A stretch of 64,000 nucleotides of DNA from Cinqassovirus ah1 (lineage: Duplodnaviria; Heunggongvirae; Uroviricota; Caudoviricetes; Straboviridae): the IMG/VR virus record IMGVR_UViG_2974724611_000001, positions 12,650 through 76,649 of that record; one strand, written 5' to 3'. Made by a program: the position numbers and the translations under genes. The notes beneath the pieces were generated by a model. That model worked only from the letters and a program-made list of their open reading frames with translations, was not told the DNA's origin and ran no database searches. Positions 35,362 to 44,683 of the stretch are shown here, in pieces (the stretch's first letter is position 1; each line of letters opens with the position of its first letter).

Positions 35362-35546
35362 TTTTGATCTCCTAAAACTGTATTTAGAAGAGAATCGATT
35401 TTGTTTCCTCTATAACACTCCGATTTGACTCAAATAAACCATTAAAACGATAGCAACAGAAAAACCACGAGTAAATCCATTGCCGAATATAAAACAAACA
35501 GCAAGCAATGATACAACAATGACTTCCACCGCTTGATCGCTAATGA

Positions 35547-35705
35547 TTATTTGCATTGTGTTAGACTCAGATCGTTGATTCCCATTCCCATTGTGATGAT
35601 GATTACCATAACAAACATAGCAACCAGAAAACGGATTGTCCTGTCTTCATGCATGATGCTATAAAATATTGCAATCAGGGAAACAGATGCGATTAAAGTT
35701 GACAT
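35547..35705 (-). CDS. Possible small hydrophobic peptide (52 aa)
   Basis: MSTLIASVSLIAIFYSIMHEDRTIRFLVAMFVMVIIITMGMGINDLSLTQCK, with a GGAG SD. It overlaps the 3' end of the upstream ORF by 47 nt. Confidence 0.25.
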   Translation of the reverse strand: MSTLIASVSLIAIFYSIMHEDRTIRFLVAMFVMVIIITMGMGINDLSLTQCK

Positions 35706-35986
35706 TACAGAACTCCAGTTCAATTAACTCGTAATCATCGGCAGTCTTACGCTTGATATCGTAATCAGACGGAGACGGATTATCAATGCCAGAGTTATAC
35801 CACTCAACTGATTTTTTGTGATGAATCACGTTTTCAAAGATACTGCGATCTGATGAAATGAACGGAACAGAACACAGAAAATCGAAATCAGCGGTTACCG
35901 AATTGCAGAACTCCGCATTTCCGTTTGCGGTAGTGGAGATACCAAGCCACATATCTTTCTTTTTTGTGACGCATTGCATAGAACAT
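35659..35986 (-). CDS. Hypothetical protein
   Basis: Start at MFYAMQCV behind the cassette SD GAGAGGAAAATATC. Confidence 0.45.
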
Positions 35987-36045
35987 GATATTTTCCTCTC
36001 TAAAAGATAGGCTCATTCTACACGAACGAGCCTAGTTGTCAATCA
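35984..36045 (-). promoter_or_regulatory. Early promoter–leader cassette (TTGACA / TAGAAT) with a hairpin over the -10 box
   Basis: Minus strand: gattTTGACAactAGGCTCgttcgtgTAGAATGAGCCTatc. Confidence 0.4.
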
Positions 36046-36405
36046 AATCAGACCAAGAATTTTCTTTTCTTCGTCACTCAGTTTTGCGAGTGCGGCAGCT
36101 TTCTTCTCGTTGTTGATTTTGATTTCGTAGTCTTCGCGCTTGCGAATGACTGTGATCCGATCTTTAACGAGGAAGCTGAATTCTTCACCGTCGATATCGA
36201 ATGTCAGAACATCTTTTGCACCAGAGTAGCAAGCGCCGTTACCACCGTACCAACCCTTTCCTTTAGATAGTTCTAAACCCAAAGACTCGCTAGTGGAGTA
36301 GCAGAACACAGCAGAGCGACGTTCGTCGGTAGATATGGTGATTTCGTATGCTTTTTCTTTTTTCATTTGTACAGTCATATTAACCTCACAGATATTCAGT
36401 TGCAC
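36043..36405 (-). CDS. Hypothetical protein
   Basis: 120-aa ORF. Confidence 0.5.
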   Translation of the reverse strand: MQLNICEVNMTVQMKKEKAYEITISTDERRSAVFCYSTSESLGLELSKGKGWYGGNGACYSGAKDVLTFDIDGEEFSFLVKDRITVIRKREDYEIKINNEKKAAALAKLSDEEKKILGLI

Positions 36406-36595
36406 TTGCGATTTCGTTGCCGTTCAGTTTGATACTGATTTCCAATGTCACATCGTTATAATAACCGTGACGGCGATTCATTGAAATATCGAGATTTGAT
36501 TTCAGGTATTCTTCTACCTTGTCTTCGATCTTCTGTTCCAACTCTTCTTCGCTGATATTAATCATTTTGCTCATTTTACCAGTTGTCCTTTTCAC
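36386..36595 (-). CDS. Hypothetical protein
   Basis: 69-aa ORF. Confidence 0.45.
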   Translation of the reverse strand: MKRTTGKMSKMINISEEELEQKIEDKVEEYLKSNLDISMNRRHGYYNDVTLEISIKLNGNEIASATEYL

Positions 36596-36603
36596 CTACG
36601 ATA

Positions 36604-36816
36604 TCACAAATGTATTCTGAATCTTTGGCGATTACTTCGCCGTTCTACTTCGAGTTTGCCGTTGGTAGCACTCATTGGGACTTCCAGCTTTTCTTTCAGA
36701 TACGCTTTAAGTTGTTCCAGTATATCTGAACTCAAACTGTTGTCAACTGATTTTTCCACAATTTTTATGCTCTTTACATTGCGTTGTTGTGTAGCCGTCA
36801 AACACAGAACGAGCAC
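36604..36816 (-). CDS. Hypothetical protein (probably shorter, GTG start near 36765)
   Basis: The track ORF overlaps the HAD gene 3' end by 74 nt. An internal GTG start would reduce the overlap to about 17 nt. Confidence 0.3.
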   Translation of the reverse strand: MLVLCLTATQQRNVKSIKIVEKSVDNSLSSDILEQLKAYLKEKLEVPMSATNGKLEVERRSNRQRFRIHL

Positions 36817-37233
36817 GATAATAGTCCTTAGCTGTGAATCCGTTCACACTATCAACGTGAATGAAATTTTGCTTTTGTGACTCCAACATGTCGTCGTCAT
36901 CGTCAACAATCACATAATTCTCACATTCTTGATGTTTGTTCAGCCACTCTTGAATCAACTCTCCGCGATTTTCACCAACAAGATCTCTTGTTTTGAAATC
37001 CTCATGTAAGCATTCGGGAGGGAATCCTGCCATAGCAAGTTGATCCTTCACCATCTGCAAATCACATCCAAGTCTCCAAGTGCTACTGTATACCACTTTC
37101 AAACCGTAGTCAACGATTAGTTGGATAAAAGCTTTACAGCTCCTATGTCTACCATTTGTCCGTATTTCAAGTAACTGCTATCGCTATGAAATACTCCGTC
37201 AACATCGAGAAACAATACACGGCATTTTTTCAT
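36743..37233 (-). pseudogene. HAD-superfamily phosphatase disrupted by a -1 frameshift
   Basis: Frame A, 37233-37117: MKKCRVLFLDVDGVFHSDSSYLKYGQMVDIGAVKLLSN, stop. This carries HAD motif I (DxDG). Frame B, 37177-36743, continues ...CKAFIQLIVDYGLKVVYSSTWRLG...YVIVDDDDDM (motifs II-IV). The frame-A ATG overlaps the upstream TGA as ATGA. Confidence 0.55.
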
Positions 37234-38477
37234 ACGTCAAGAGTCCACATCGTATCTTTCAGCCAATCTGGATACTTTCTACCGTCGCTGGTGTCAGTCT
37301 CGTCTAATGTGTTGCAATAAGCGATTTGATTTTCGATTTGAGTTCGGTATTCCTCTCCCAAAATCTTCACCAATCGCTCTATGGCAGCGTTTCTATTGTC
37401 CAGCATATACTCACAAGCGTATATACGAGAAACGATTGTACCAGCGTTCTGGCCTGCTTCCAGCATACGTTTCACGATACCTTCGAGTATGTTACCGTCA
37501 CCGCATGAAGGCTCAAAGAAAGTCGAACTGGAATCCGGATCATCTATGTCGGTATGATCCAACATCTGATTTACGAGTTCAATCGGAGTGAAAAACTCGG
37601 CAGTTTTCTTCTGACGATCTCTATCAATCTTATCGGTAAACATCCTGGTATCACCAACGACTTGCGTTTTGTGACGCTTACCGCCATAGTAATCTTCGAT
37701 TACTTCTGGAACCCTAGATTTGATATCAAGCATATCGAATTTTTCGAATAGCTCGTCATCTGTCCAACGCTTCGTCATGTCTACCCATGGAATTGCATGT
37801 AGCTCTCCACTATCTAGGTGAACATTCATCTTATACAGAGAAAGCATGAATCTTGCAAAGTCCGTTTTCAGATAAGCAATAAAATTCTCTGCCTCTTCTA
37901 ATGTCTTGAATGCGAAATTAGTGCCACGTTTAGGCATTTCCGTAGTTGGAATGTAGTCAACTGGGAACATGGTAAAGAAGTCTGAATTAAAGCGTTTGCC
38001 AGCTTCTGGCGGGTGTCCTCTAACACTTGCTATAGTGACGTAGTGACTCGCATCACTAACTTCACCAGAGCAGGCATGATGCGCTACAGACTGAATTGGA
38101 AATCTGTCATACAGTTTAACACACCAATCGCCAATCATATTCAGACGATTGATAGGCAGTCTAGCGTCATAGTAGCCAGACACATTAATCAGACCAGCTT
38201 TCATTGTTTTGTCAATAACGGTTATACTAAGCGGAGTCAAAAACCCGGCTTTGAAAACGGCATTACCGTCAAACAGATGAACACTTGTTGTATATGTTTT
38301 CATGTTGTCGAGTAGTTCGGCAACTCGTTTTGTTTGTCGCGTTGGCTTTCTGTTAATAAAAGGTCCAGACGGATGCACAGCGATAGTAACATCACATTTC
38401 TTTACACCTAAGTTAACAAAGTCAACGTGCAAACCAGCACTATATGGCGGGTTTGCAATCATATAATCAAAGTGCAT
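37230..38477 (-). CDS. Beta-class N6-adenine DNA methyltransferase
   Basis: 415 aa. Motif IV NPPY at the N-terminus (MIANPPYSAG), then C-terminal motif X FFTP and motif I FFEPSCGDGN. Confidence 0.7.
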   Translation of the reverse strand: MHFDYMIANPPYSAGLHVDFVNLGVKKCDVTIAVHPSGPFINRKPTRQTKRVAELLDNMKTYTTSVHLFDGNAVFKAGFLTPLSITVIDKTMKAGLINVSGYYDARLPINRLNMIGDWCVKLYDRFPIQSVAHHACSGEVSDASHYVTIASVRGHPPEAGKRFNSDFFTMFPVDYIPTTEMPKRGTNFAFKTLEEAENFIAYLKTDFARFMLSLYKMNVHLDSGELHAIPWVDMTKRWTDDELFEKFDMLDIKSRVPEVIEDYYGGKRHKTQVVGDTRMFTDKIDRDRQKKTAEFFTPIELVNQMLDHTDIDDPDSSSTFFEPSCGDGNILEGIVKRMLEAGQNAGTIVSRIYACEYMLDNRNAAIERLVKILGEEYRTQIENQIAYCNTLDETDTSDGRKYPDWLKDTMWTLDV

Positions 38478-39162
38478 GAGTGCTCAGACGTTCTCCGTAT
38501 TCGCGATCCATGCCGTATTCTTTTGCTATCTTCATAATAGCGATGTTCATTTTTACCAGCTTATCACGTTCCACGATGTAATCATTCATCATTACATCGA
38601 GTTCATGAGATTGGCGACGTCTGATCTCCGATTCAATTTGTTTGATTTGAAGTTTCAAGATATCGGTAGAAACTTCTTTGATATCCTTTTCCACTTTAGC
38701 AATGATCTCCGGTTTCTGTTGCTTAGGCTGTTTTTGTAGCAGATCGATTTTGCGCTCAGGAATTCGAACGTTCATCTTGAATCCATATTCGGTGCGCTTT
38801 GCTGCGAAAGGAGAAAATGCTTTCATTTGTTCGATCATTTTGTCCACAATCGACTGACTACCACGGCTGAACTCAAACTCAACGATATTAACAACGATGC
38901 CTTCGCCAAGTTTCGTTACATTAACACCCATCAACTCCGGGCACTGACCGTCTTCAATATACGCGCCAAACAATTCGTTTAGATGCGCTTTGCTGAATGA
39001 GCGGCTACCGATCATCGATTCTGTATAGCGTCTGATGTTTTTGCGGAACTTCGCTGGGTCGATATCGACTTTAGTTCCAGCTGGCTTGGAATGGGTTTCG
39101 CAAGCAATATTCAGGAATTTGTACCACTGATTACGCGCAACTAGCTTCCGTTTTTCGTTCAT
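38467..39162 (-). CDS. Hypothetical protein with a C-terminal coiled coil
   Basis: Start at MNEKRKLVARN with a GGAGATATC SD. Confidence 0.5.
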   Translation of the reverse strand: MNEKRKLVARNQWYKFLNIACETHSKPAGTKVDIDPAKFRKNIRRYTESMIGSRSFSKAHLNELFGAYIEDGQCPELMGVNVTKLGEGIVVNIVEFEFSRGSQSIVDKMIEQMKAFSPFAAKRTEYGFKMNVRIPERKIDLLQKQPKQQKPEIIAKVEKDIKEVSTDILKLQIKQIESEIRRRQSHELDVMMNDYIVERDKLVKMNIAIMKIAKEYGMDREYGERLSTHAL

Positions 39163-39176
39163 GATATCTCCTATAA

Positions 39177-39192
39177 GAGGGCCGAAGCCCTC
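39177..39192 (-). terminator. UUCG-tetraloop hairpin
   Basis: GAGGGC-UUCG-GCCCUC, followed by a weak U-tract. Confidence 0.35.
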
Positions 39193-39391
39193 AAATGTCA
39201 AACAGTGATGCAAGTCCTGGATGCTGTGGGAACTTCACATGTTTGGTGTTTTTGTCAATTGCCAATCCGGTTTGTTTAACAAACGCATCGAACTTTTCTT
39301 TAGAAGCAAAACGAACTTTGATCGTCCGTTTGCCACTCTTCATTTTCTCGATTACGTGTTCCGGTGCGGCATCTGGGTTAACATATGCCAT
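39191..39391 (-). CDS. Hypothetical protein
   Basis: 66-aa ORF. Confidence 0.45.
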   Translation of the reverse strand: MAYVNPDAAPEHVIEKMKSGKRTIKVRFASKEKFDAFVKQTGLAIDKNTKHVKFPQHPGLASLFDI

Positions 39392-40590
39392 TATTCTTCC
39401 TCGTCGTTAGCGTCTTGTTCGGACGCTTTGATAGATGTTAGCACCATTCCGTATTCATTGCAACCTTCCGGAATAACATTTTTCAGTTTCAGACGATTAG
39501 AACGATACGGTGCATAGTCTACCCAGTGGTGCCAGCGACCGTTCATCCACTGCAATCTGGCAACGTCTGGATGCATGTCCACAATCATTTGCGACTTAGG
39601 CAGAGTACCTTCTTTTGAATAGAAAGCTTCTGTGTTACCGCCTGCCATCGCTTGAGTAACGAGTTTACCAGTCAAGAAAGCGTTATATTGAATCGTGCAA
39701 TGACCGTCTTTCAAAACACGCAGGCTCAAATCGGTATCTTCGTTATAGCGACCTCTCCAACGATACGGGATATCATTGAGAATCAACAGAGTGCTATAAA
39801 TCCGACAGTTTTGAACGAACGGAGGCAACGACTCTTTCGGCACAGCAAAGAAGCGATAATGCGGACCAGCGATATAGACGTTTTCATAACGATCAACGTG
39901 ATCTTCCATAGCACGGAAGATCGCGCCACTGTTAACGATTGTGCGCTTGTTTCCGTCAAGACGGAAGAAGTGTTGTTGGTTATCGTCCATTACCCAGTGA
40001 CGCTTGAACCCCATTTTCATAGAGTGTTCCCAAGCAAAGTTACGAGCAGCGCCTGGACCCTTGCTTCGAGTGTTACCGAGATTATCAAATGTATCATATT
40101 CGTCAAGATATTTCTGATCAAGAATGATAACGGTCACATATTCATGATCAACGCGGCTGTTATATTCTTCGAATTGAGATTCTTCTACAACGATATAATG
40201 CTTGACTTTCATACGCACCAAACTATCGGAAGTCAATCGCTTTTCCCATCGGGATTTTGATACGATGTAAATCGGATATTTTGGCTGATTCAAATCGGTG
40301 TAATCAGATACATACCGAATCACGGAGTAATCGTCTGGACCTTTCTTCGGCCACCAAATGCTCTTTGTCTTGTCACTTAACGGCAAGTCTGCGAGCTTAG
40401 AAAACTCGGCAACATCATCGTTATTATCGAACTCGAATTCAATCTCGGCATAAGCGTCGATGATATCTTTCGGCTCATAGTGTGGCATTTGCTGCCAGTG
40501 GTCCCATGGATTATCTTCGTTGGCATATCGCTCATTGCGATAAATCAAATTGCCATCTAAGTCTCTTGTTTTTTCTACTTGTTTGCGCAT
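39391..40590 (-). CDS. Hypothetical protein, possibly a nucleotide-sugar (GT-A-like) transferase
   Basis: 399 aa with a DxD-like motif (VMDDN). The assignment is weak. Confidence 0.35.
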   Translation of the reverse strand: MRKQVEKTRDLDGNLIYRNERYANEDNPWDHWQQMPHYEPKDIIDAYAEIEFEFDNNDDVAEFSKLADLPLSDKTKSIWWPKKGPDDYSVIRYVSDYTDLNQPKYPIYIVSKSRWEKRLTSDSLVRMKVKHYIVVEESQFEEYNSRVDHEYVTVIILDQKYLDEYDTFDNLGNTRSKGPGAARNFAWEHSMKMGFKRHWVMDDNQQHFFRLDGNKRTIVNSGAIFRAMEDHVDRYENVYIAGPHYRFFAVPKESLPPFVQNCRIYSTLLILNDIPYRWRGRYNEDTDLSLRVLKDGHCTIQYNAFLTGKLVTQAMAGGNTEAFYSKEGTLPKSQMIVDMHPDVARLQWMNGRWHHWVDYAPYRSNRLKLKNVIPEGCNEYGMVLTSIKASEQDANDEEE

Positions 40591-40652
40591 GTTCTTTCCA
40601 ATAATGAAAACAGTGATATAAGGATATCACCGTTTCCGTGTTTTGTAAACAA

Positions 40653-41432
40653 TTAGAATGTTAGTAGGCTTTCGCGAACTTTGTTAATTTCTTCCGTAAG
40701 TGCTTTTGATTCTTTTTCATACTTGGCACGTTCGGATTGGAGCTTTGCAATTTCTTGATCCACATTTCGTTGCTTTTCTTCCAGTAGACGAATGCGATCA
40801 AACTTGGAGCCATAGTTCAGTTCGAGGAAACGATTCACTTGAATCAAGTATTGGCGTTTCATTTCGTTTTCGCTAACCGGAGGGCGAGCTGAGGTAATTG
40901 TTTGTTCTTGTTTCACAGTTTCTTCCTTTTTGAAGGGTTTCACCAGATCTGCGGCAACCAAAACTTTGTTTTCTTGCTTGAGATAAGGCATCATCGGCAG
41001 CGGCTTGAGAGTCTTTCTATCGGGAGACAAAAAGATCTTGGACTCGATTTGAACAACACCGTTAACGATCTCGGCATATCCCAGCTTAACAAGATTTGAT
41101 TCTGCCATATGAGAGATAGTTTTAGATCGGATTACCATACGAATACAAGCAAACGACGTAAACTGATTGATGTTTCTCATAACAGAAGCGGAGTCCCACA
41201 CTACCGATTCTCCACCAATAGCAATGTTAAACTTTTGTTTGACGTTATCGTCTTTGTCGAGTCGATCAGCTTTTCTCACATGACCCGCGGTATAATGATT
41301 ATACACGCGAATTGTTTTACCGTCAACGGTAACGTTTTTGAAAAAGATGTGATTCAGAATCGCCCGGCAAGCATTGTGTACCTTGATCTCCGCTTTCATC
41401 TTATTCCGATTAGATTTTACTTGACTACTCAT
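40653..41432 (-). CDS. Hypothetical protein, paralog A (N-terminal domain plus C-terminal coiled coil)
   Basis: 259 aa. Shares FxNVTVDGxT and overall architecture with the next gene. Confidence 0.5.
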   Translation of the reverse strand: MSSQVKSNRNKMKAEIKVHNACRAILNHIFFKNVTVDGKTIRVYNHYTAGHVRKADRLDKDDNVKQKFNIAIGGESVVWDSASVMRNINQFTSFACIRMVIRSKTISHMAESNLVKLGYAEIVNGVVQIESKIFLSPDRKTLKPLPMMPYLKQENKVLVAADLVKPFKKEETVKQEQTITSARPPVSENEMKRQYLIQVNRFLELNYGSKFDRIRLLEEKQRNVDQEIAKLQSERAKYEKESKALTEEINKVRESLLTF

Positions 41433-42310
41433 TACGCTTCCTTAAAGCTATATTTGTCTAGGATCTGAGTCATGATAGTGATTTTCGGTTGCAAAGTCAA
41501 CATCACTTCATGATATTCCGCGTCTGCTTGTTGTTGTTCAGCGATAGCCATGTCCAGTTGCGCTTGTGCTTGTGCTACCAGTTGTTTAGCAGTTTTCACA
41601 TTAACGGCTTTATTCGAGCGAACACGATCCAGCTTCTGGAGTTCAGCAAATCCTGGCAACACTTTTTCGAGGTCGATATCAAAAACATCTTGACGAACAT
41701 CTTCTTTCTTACTCATTTCGTCCAATGTTTTTGCGTTTTCTTTCCGAGTATCTTTGTACATGATATCGTGTCCAATAGACTTTTTATCGGTACGCGGTAG
41801 ATAATCTTCTCCAACTTTTGACTCAGGAACCGGAATAATGACGCGGCACTTGTATTCGAACGGGTCGCAATGCCACACGCGCATACCAGTTTCACCGTCT
41901 CGAAAACTCCAGTTTTCCATAGAGAAGTGTTTGCCGATTTTAGATTCGAGCAACTTTCTCGGAACTTCGCACTTGAAATAAAGCGCGATTTGGTTTGGAG
42001 AAATTACTCGATACTGCCAACCCGCAGTTTGTAGACCAGGCCACATTGCACCAAGCTTTTCGAACGGACGATATTTGCCGTCGTTGTTATTGTACATAGA
42101 CTTGGTAAACGCGGTATGAGATCCGAACATCCGAATGAATGCGGAACCAATGCGAACGAGATTTGTACTAGAGAACAAGTTACCCTCAAGGATTCGGGTA
42201 CGAGTTTGACCGTCCACAGTCACGTTTTCGCAGAACAGATTTTGTTCCATGCGGATAAGAAAGTTCTTGAATTTCTTATCTTTGAATACTAATTTACGAC
42301 CTTCTTTCAT
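41432..42310 (-). CDS. Hypothetical protein, paralog B
   Basis: 292 aa. FCENVTVDGQTRTRI matches FKNVTVDGKTIRVY in paralog A. Gln/Ala-rich C-terminal coiled coil. Confidence 0.5.
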   Translation of the reverse strand: MKEGRKLVFKDKKFKNFLIRMEQNLFCENVTVDGQTRTRILEGNLFSSTNLVRIGSAFIRMFGSHTAFTKSMYNNNDGKYRPFEKLGAMWPGLQTAGWQYRVISPNQIALYFKCEVPRKLLESKIGKHFSMENWSFRDGETGMRVWHCDPFEYKCRVIIPVPESKVGEDYLPRTDKKSIGHDIMYKDTRKENAKTLDEMSKKEDVRQDVFDIDLEKVLPGFAELQKLDRVRSNKAVNVKTAKQLVAQAQAQLDMAIAEQQQADAEYHEVMLTLQPKITIMTQILDKYSFKEA

Positions 42311-42312
42311 TA

Positions 42313-42537
42313 TTAAGCCTCCGCTTTGATATAGCCAACGATATCAGAGAAAGTAACAGACTCCATACCAACCCCGATTTTATCATTAACACTATACACC
42401 GTGCCATAGTCTTCATCTTCGCGCTGTGATACAATGAAAACCTTGCCGTTTTTCATATGAACTTCCATATCATTCTGATTAGACAGATCCAAGTTGATGT
42501 ATTGAACAGTTTTGATAGCGGAGATTTGAGCCAACAT
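42313..42537 (-). CDS. Hypothetical protein
   Basis: 74-aa ORF preceded by a cassette. Confidence 0.5.
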   Translation of the reverse strand: MLAQISAIKTVQYINLDLSNQNDMEVHMKNGKVFIVSQREDEDYGTVYSVNDKIGVGMESVTFSDIVGYIKAEA

Positions 42538-42600
42538 GGTGTATTCCTCGTTTCGTTTGATGTAGCTATATTATCATATCAATATTCTACGTCAAGCACT
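42537..42600 (-). promoter_or_regulatory. Promoter–leader cassette
   Basis: Minus strand: gaaaaGTGCTTGACgtagaatattgatatgaTAATATagctacatcaaacgaaacGAGGAATACACCATG. Confidence 0.4.
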
Positions 42601-43115
42601 TTTCTAGCGTGATCCACATTTTTTACACATCGGATTAGTTCACCAATCTTGTCTTTCTTGATAACAAGCGTAGTAAAGTCGCCGTCGCTATTCATATCAA
42701 AGATTATGTTTTGTTTTGAAGTTCTAACACCAAGCCGAGAGTTCTTGATCTTCATTCTGCCAACTTGTATGTTAGCTGATTTAAATCTGGACTCGGTAAC
42801 AATAGAATCAGAACGTTTCATGAAATTAACAAATCGATCATGATCCTCTCGCTTAGGCAACTGGAACCAAACTTTCTTATTGAAATTCTCAGTTACCTCC
42901 ATAACAGTCGTATGATCTTTGATATAAAAAGAGATTGTATAAAACTGATTTACACATACACCAGAACAAGCAACGACTTCCTTATTACCGGCGTTTAGTC
43001 TTGAATAGAACTCTTGGTCACTCACAATAGCAGCGTTGGCAGATGTTACTGCCAACGCGATTGCAAGATTACTCCAGAGATTCGTCGCATTCTTCATACA
43101 GAACGGATTCATCAC
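42579..43115 (-). CDS. Secreted/periplasmic protein (signal peptide)
   Basis: Signal peptide: MKNATNLWSNLAIALAVTSANA-AIV. Confidence 0.5.
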   Translation of the reverse strand: MMNPFCMKNATNLWSNLAIALAVTSANAAIVSDQEFYSRLNAGNKEVVACSGVCVNQFYTISFYIKDHTTVMEVTENFNKKVWFQLPKREDHDRFVNFMKRSDSIVTESRFKSANIQVGRMKIKNSRLGVRTSKQNIIFDMNSDGDFTTLVIKKDKIGELIRCVKNVDHARKVLDVEY

Positions 43116-43395
43116 AGATTACCTCGTCTTCATTGGTACCGTCTTCTACTTGATCCGCAGTGCTATTCTGCATAGCATTCATGAGCATCATAGTAGTTAC
43201 TACGTTAGAAGCAGTGTTGGTGTGAACGGCTGCATTGCTCACAGTAGCAGGACGAGACACCGGAGCACTAACAGGACGCGATACAGTCATCGGTCGGCTG
43301 ATAGTCATAGGACGACTCATACTAATAGCGGCATTAGCAAATTCAACAACACACAGGCCAGCAAACATCATAACAGCAATAACAGATTTTTTCAT
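43069..43395 (-). CDS. Secreted protein with SRP(M/V)T(I/V)S repeats
   Basis: Start at MKKSVIAVMMFAGL (signal peptide). Repeats SRPMTISRPMTVSRPVSAPVSRPATVS; acidic C-terminus. Confidence 0.5.
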   Translation of the reverse strand: MKKSVIAVMMFAGLCVVEFANAAISMSRPMTISRPMTVSRPVSAPVSRPATVSNAAVHTNTASNVVTTMMLMNAMQNSTADQVEDGTNEDEVICDESVLYEECDESLE

Positions 43396-43509
43396 TTGAA
43401 CCCCAGAAATATTACACACAAAAACATCATAAACATTTGAATAAACGTTTCCACTTTCTTAATTCTCTTGCCAGAATTCTAAGAAAGTGGGGACAATCCC
43501 CACCCGTTT

Positions 43510-43776
43510 TTAATCTACTTTTCTGATAACGTAATGATAGCCAAGCATTTTCAGTTTATTTTCGAAGTTGCACCCTTTCTTGAAATCACCGTCGATTGTG
43601 TGAATCGCGTTGTAACCAATAACATGTCCTACTTTAGAACGAATCGGCTCAATGGTCATGATTGCACCTGCCATAGACAGTTTGAAATCAGCGGTGATAT
43701 CGATGTAACGTGCAGTCGGAACAACAACAGTAAACACATATTTCATAACAATCTCCTCATCAGAAAGTGGAGTCAT
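43510..43776 (-). CDS. Hypothetical protein
   Basis: 88-aa ORF behind a cassette. Confidence 0.5.
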   Translation of the reverse strand: MTPLSDEEIVMKYVFTVVVPTARYIDITADFKLSMAGAIMTIEPIRSKVGHVIGYNAIHTIDGDFKKGCNFENKLKMLGYHYVIRKVD

Positions 43777-43830
43777 TATCTATGGATTACCAACAGCCGT
43801 CAACAACTTTTTATCGAAAATCCGAAACTT
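43774..43830 (-). promoter_or_regulatory. Early promoter–leader cassette
   Basis: Minus strand: aaagttGTTGACggctgttggtaatccaTAGATAatgactccactttctgatGAGGAGATTGTTATG. Confidence 0.4.
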
Positions 43831-44353
43831 TTGACTGATTCACGCTTTGATCTTGTTCTACCGCGGCATTCATCTGAGAGCAGCCTTGCAGCATCATATA
43901 AGGATTGGTATGCATTAGATTAGAACCAATCGCAACTCCTTCCTCGAATCCAGCTTGAACTTTAGCGGCATCATAGTTCGGATTCTTTTTCGCTTCTTCA
44001 ATCATTCGAGTTCGGAACACGTTGTAATAAGCATTGTTGCTCATACGCGCTTGGGCACACTTACTGGTAATTCCAAGACCGCGACCGATGTTATATGAGA
44101 ATGATTCGGCTTCTTGCTTGGCAATATTATCATCGATTCGCTTTTGATCTTCTACTGCCCAAGCTTTATACTCAGCTTCTTGTTTGTTGCGGATCTCGCG
44201 CTCTTGCAAATTGATAGCCAGTTGCTTGTCTTGCTCTTCCAATTGCTTGAGATAAACTACCTGTTGGTGTTGAGCGTCGATATCATACTGATCGGACGGC
44301 ATAGAAGCGCAACCAGTCAACATAAGTCCAGCGAGAATAATCAAACGTTTCAT
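43811..44353 (-). CDS. Lipoprotein
   Basis: Signal peptide plus lipobox: MKRLIILAGLMLTGC. Confidence 0.6.
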   Translation of the reverse strand: MKRLIILAGLMLTGCASMPSDQYDIDAQHQQVVYLKQLEEQDKQLAINLQEREIRNKQEAEYKAWAVEDQKRIDDNIAKQEAESFSYNIGRGLGITSKCAQARMSNNAYYNVFRTRMIEEAKKNPNYDAAKVQAGFEEGVAIGSNLMHTNPYMMLQGCSQMNAAVEQDQSVNQSKVSDFR

Positions 44354-44673
44354 TTTGCACCTACACAGTTAGCGAAACTACGAAAATTCACGTTATCAAG
44401 TTCTACCATAACGCGATCATTTTTCAACACAACATCTTGGCCGGATTTGCTTGCGATCTCTTCTTTACTCATTTCAAAGAATACATGAGTCGGATCAACC
44501 GGATTAAACGGGTCGGTACCATAATCAGTAACAGCTACACCAGATTTGGTGCCAACAGTTGCATACGAAATCAGGGTATGGCTTTCTTTGTCATGTTTAA
44601 CAAAAGTCTGGCACTCAATATGAGCAGCATTTACACTGATAGAAAACAAAGCAAGGATAATCAATTTTTTCAT
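44350..44673 (-). CDS. Secreted protein
   Basis: Start at MKKLIILALFSISVNA (signal peptide). Confidence 0.5.
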   Translation of the reverse strand: MKKLIILALFSISVNAAHIECQTFVKHDKESHTLISYATVGTKSGVAVTDYGTDPFNPVDPTHVFFEMSKEEIASKSGQDVVLKNDRVMVELDNVNFRSFANCVGAK

Positions 44674-44683
44674 TTTGTTTCGC

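Noticed and set aside
36743-37233. Programmed -1 ribosomal frameshifting as the explanation for the HAD and alarmone-hydrolase split genes.
   Set aside because: No X_XXY_YYZ slippery heptamer and no downstream pseudoknot-like structure in either overlap zone. A 1-nt deletion, real or from sequencing, is more parsimonious.
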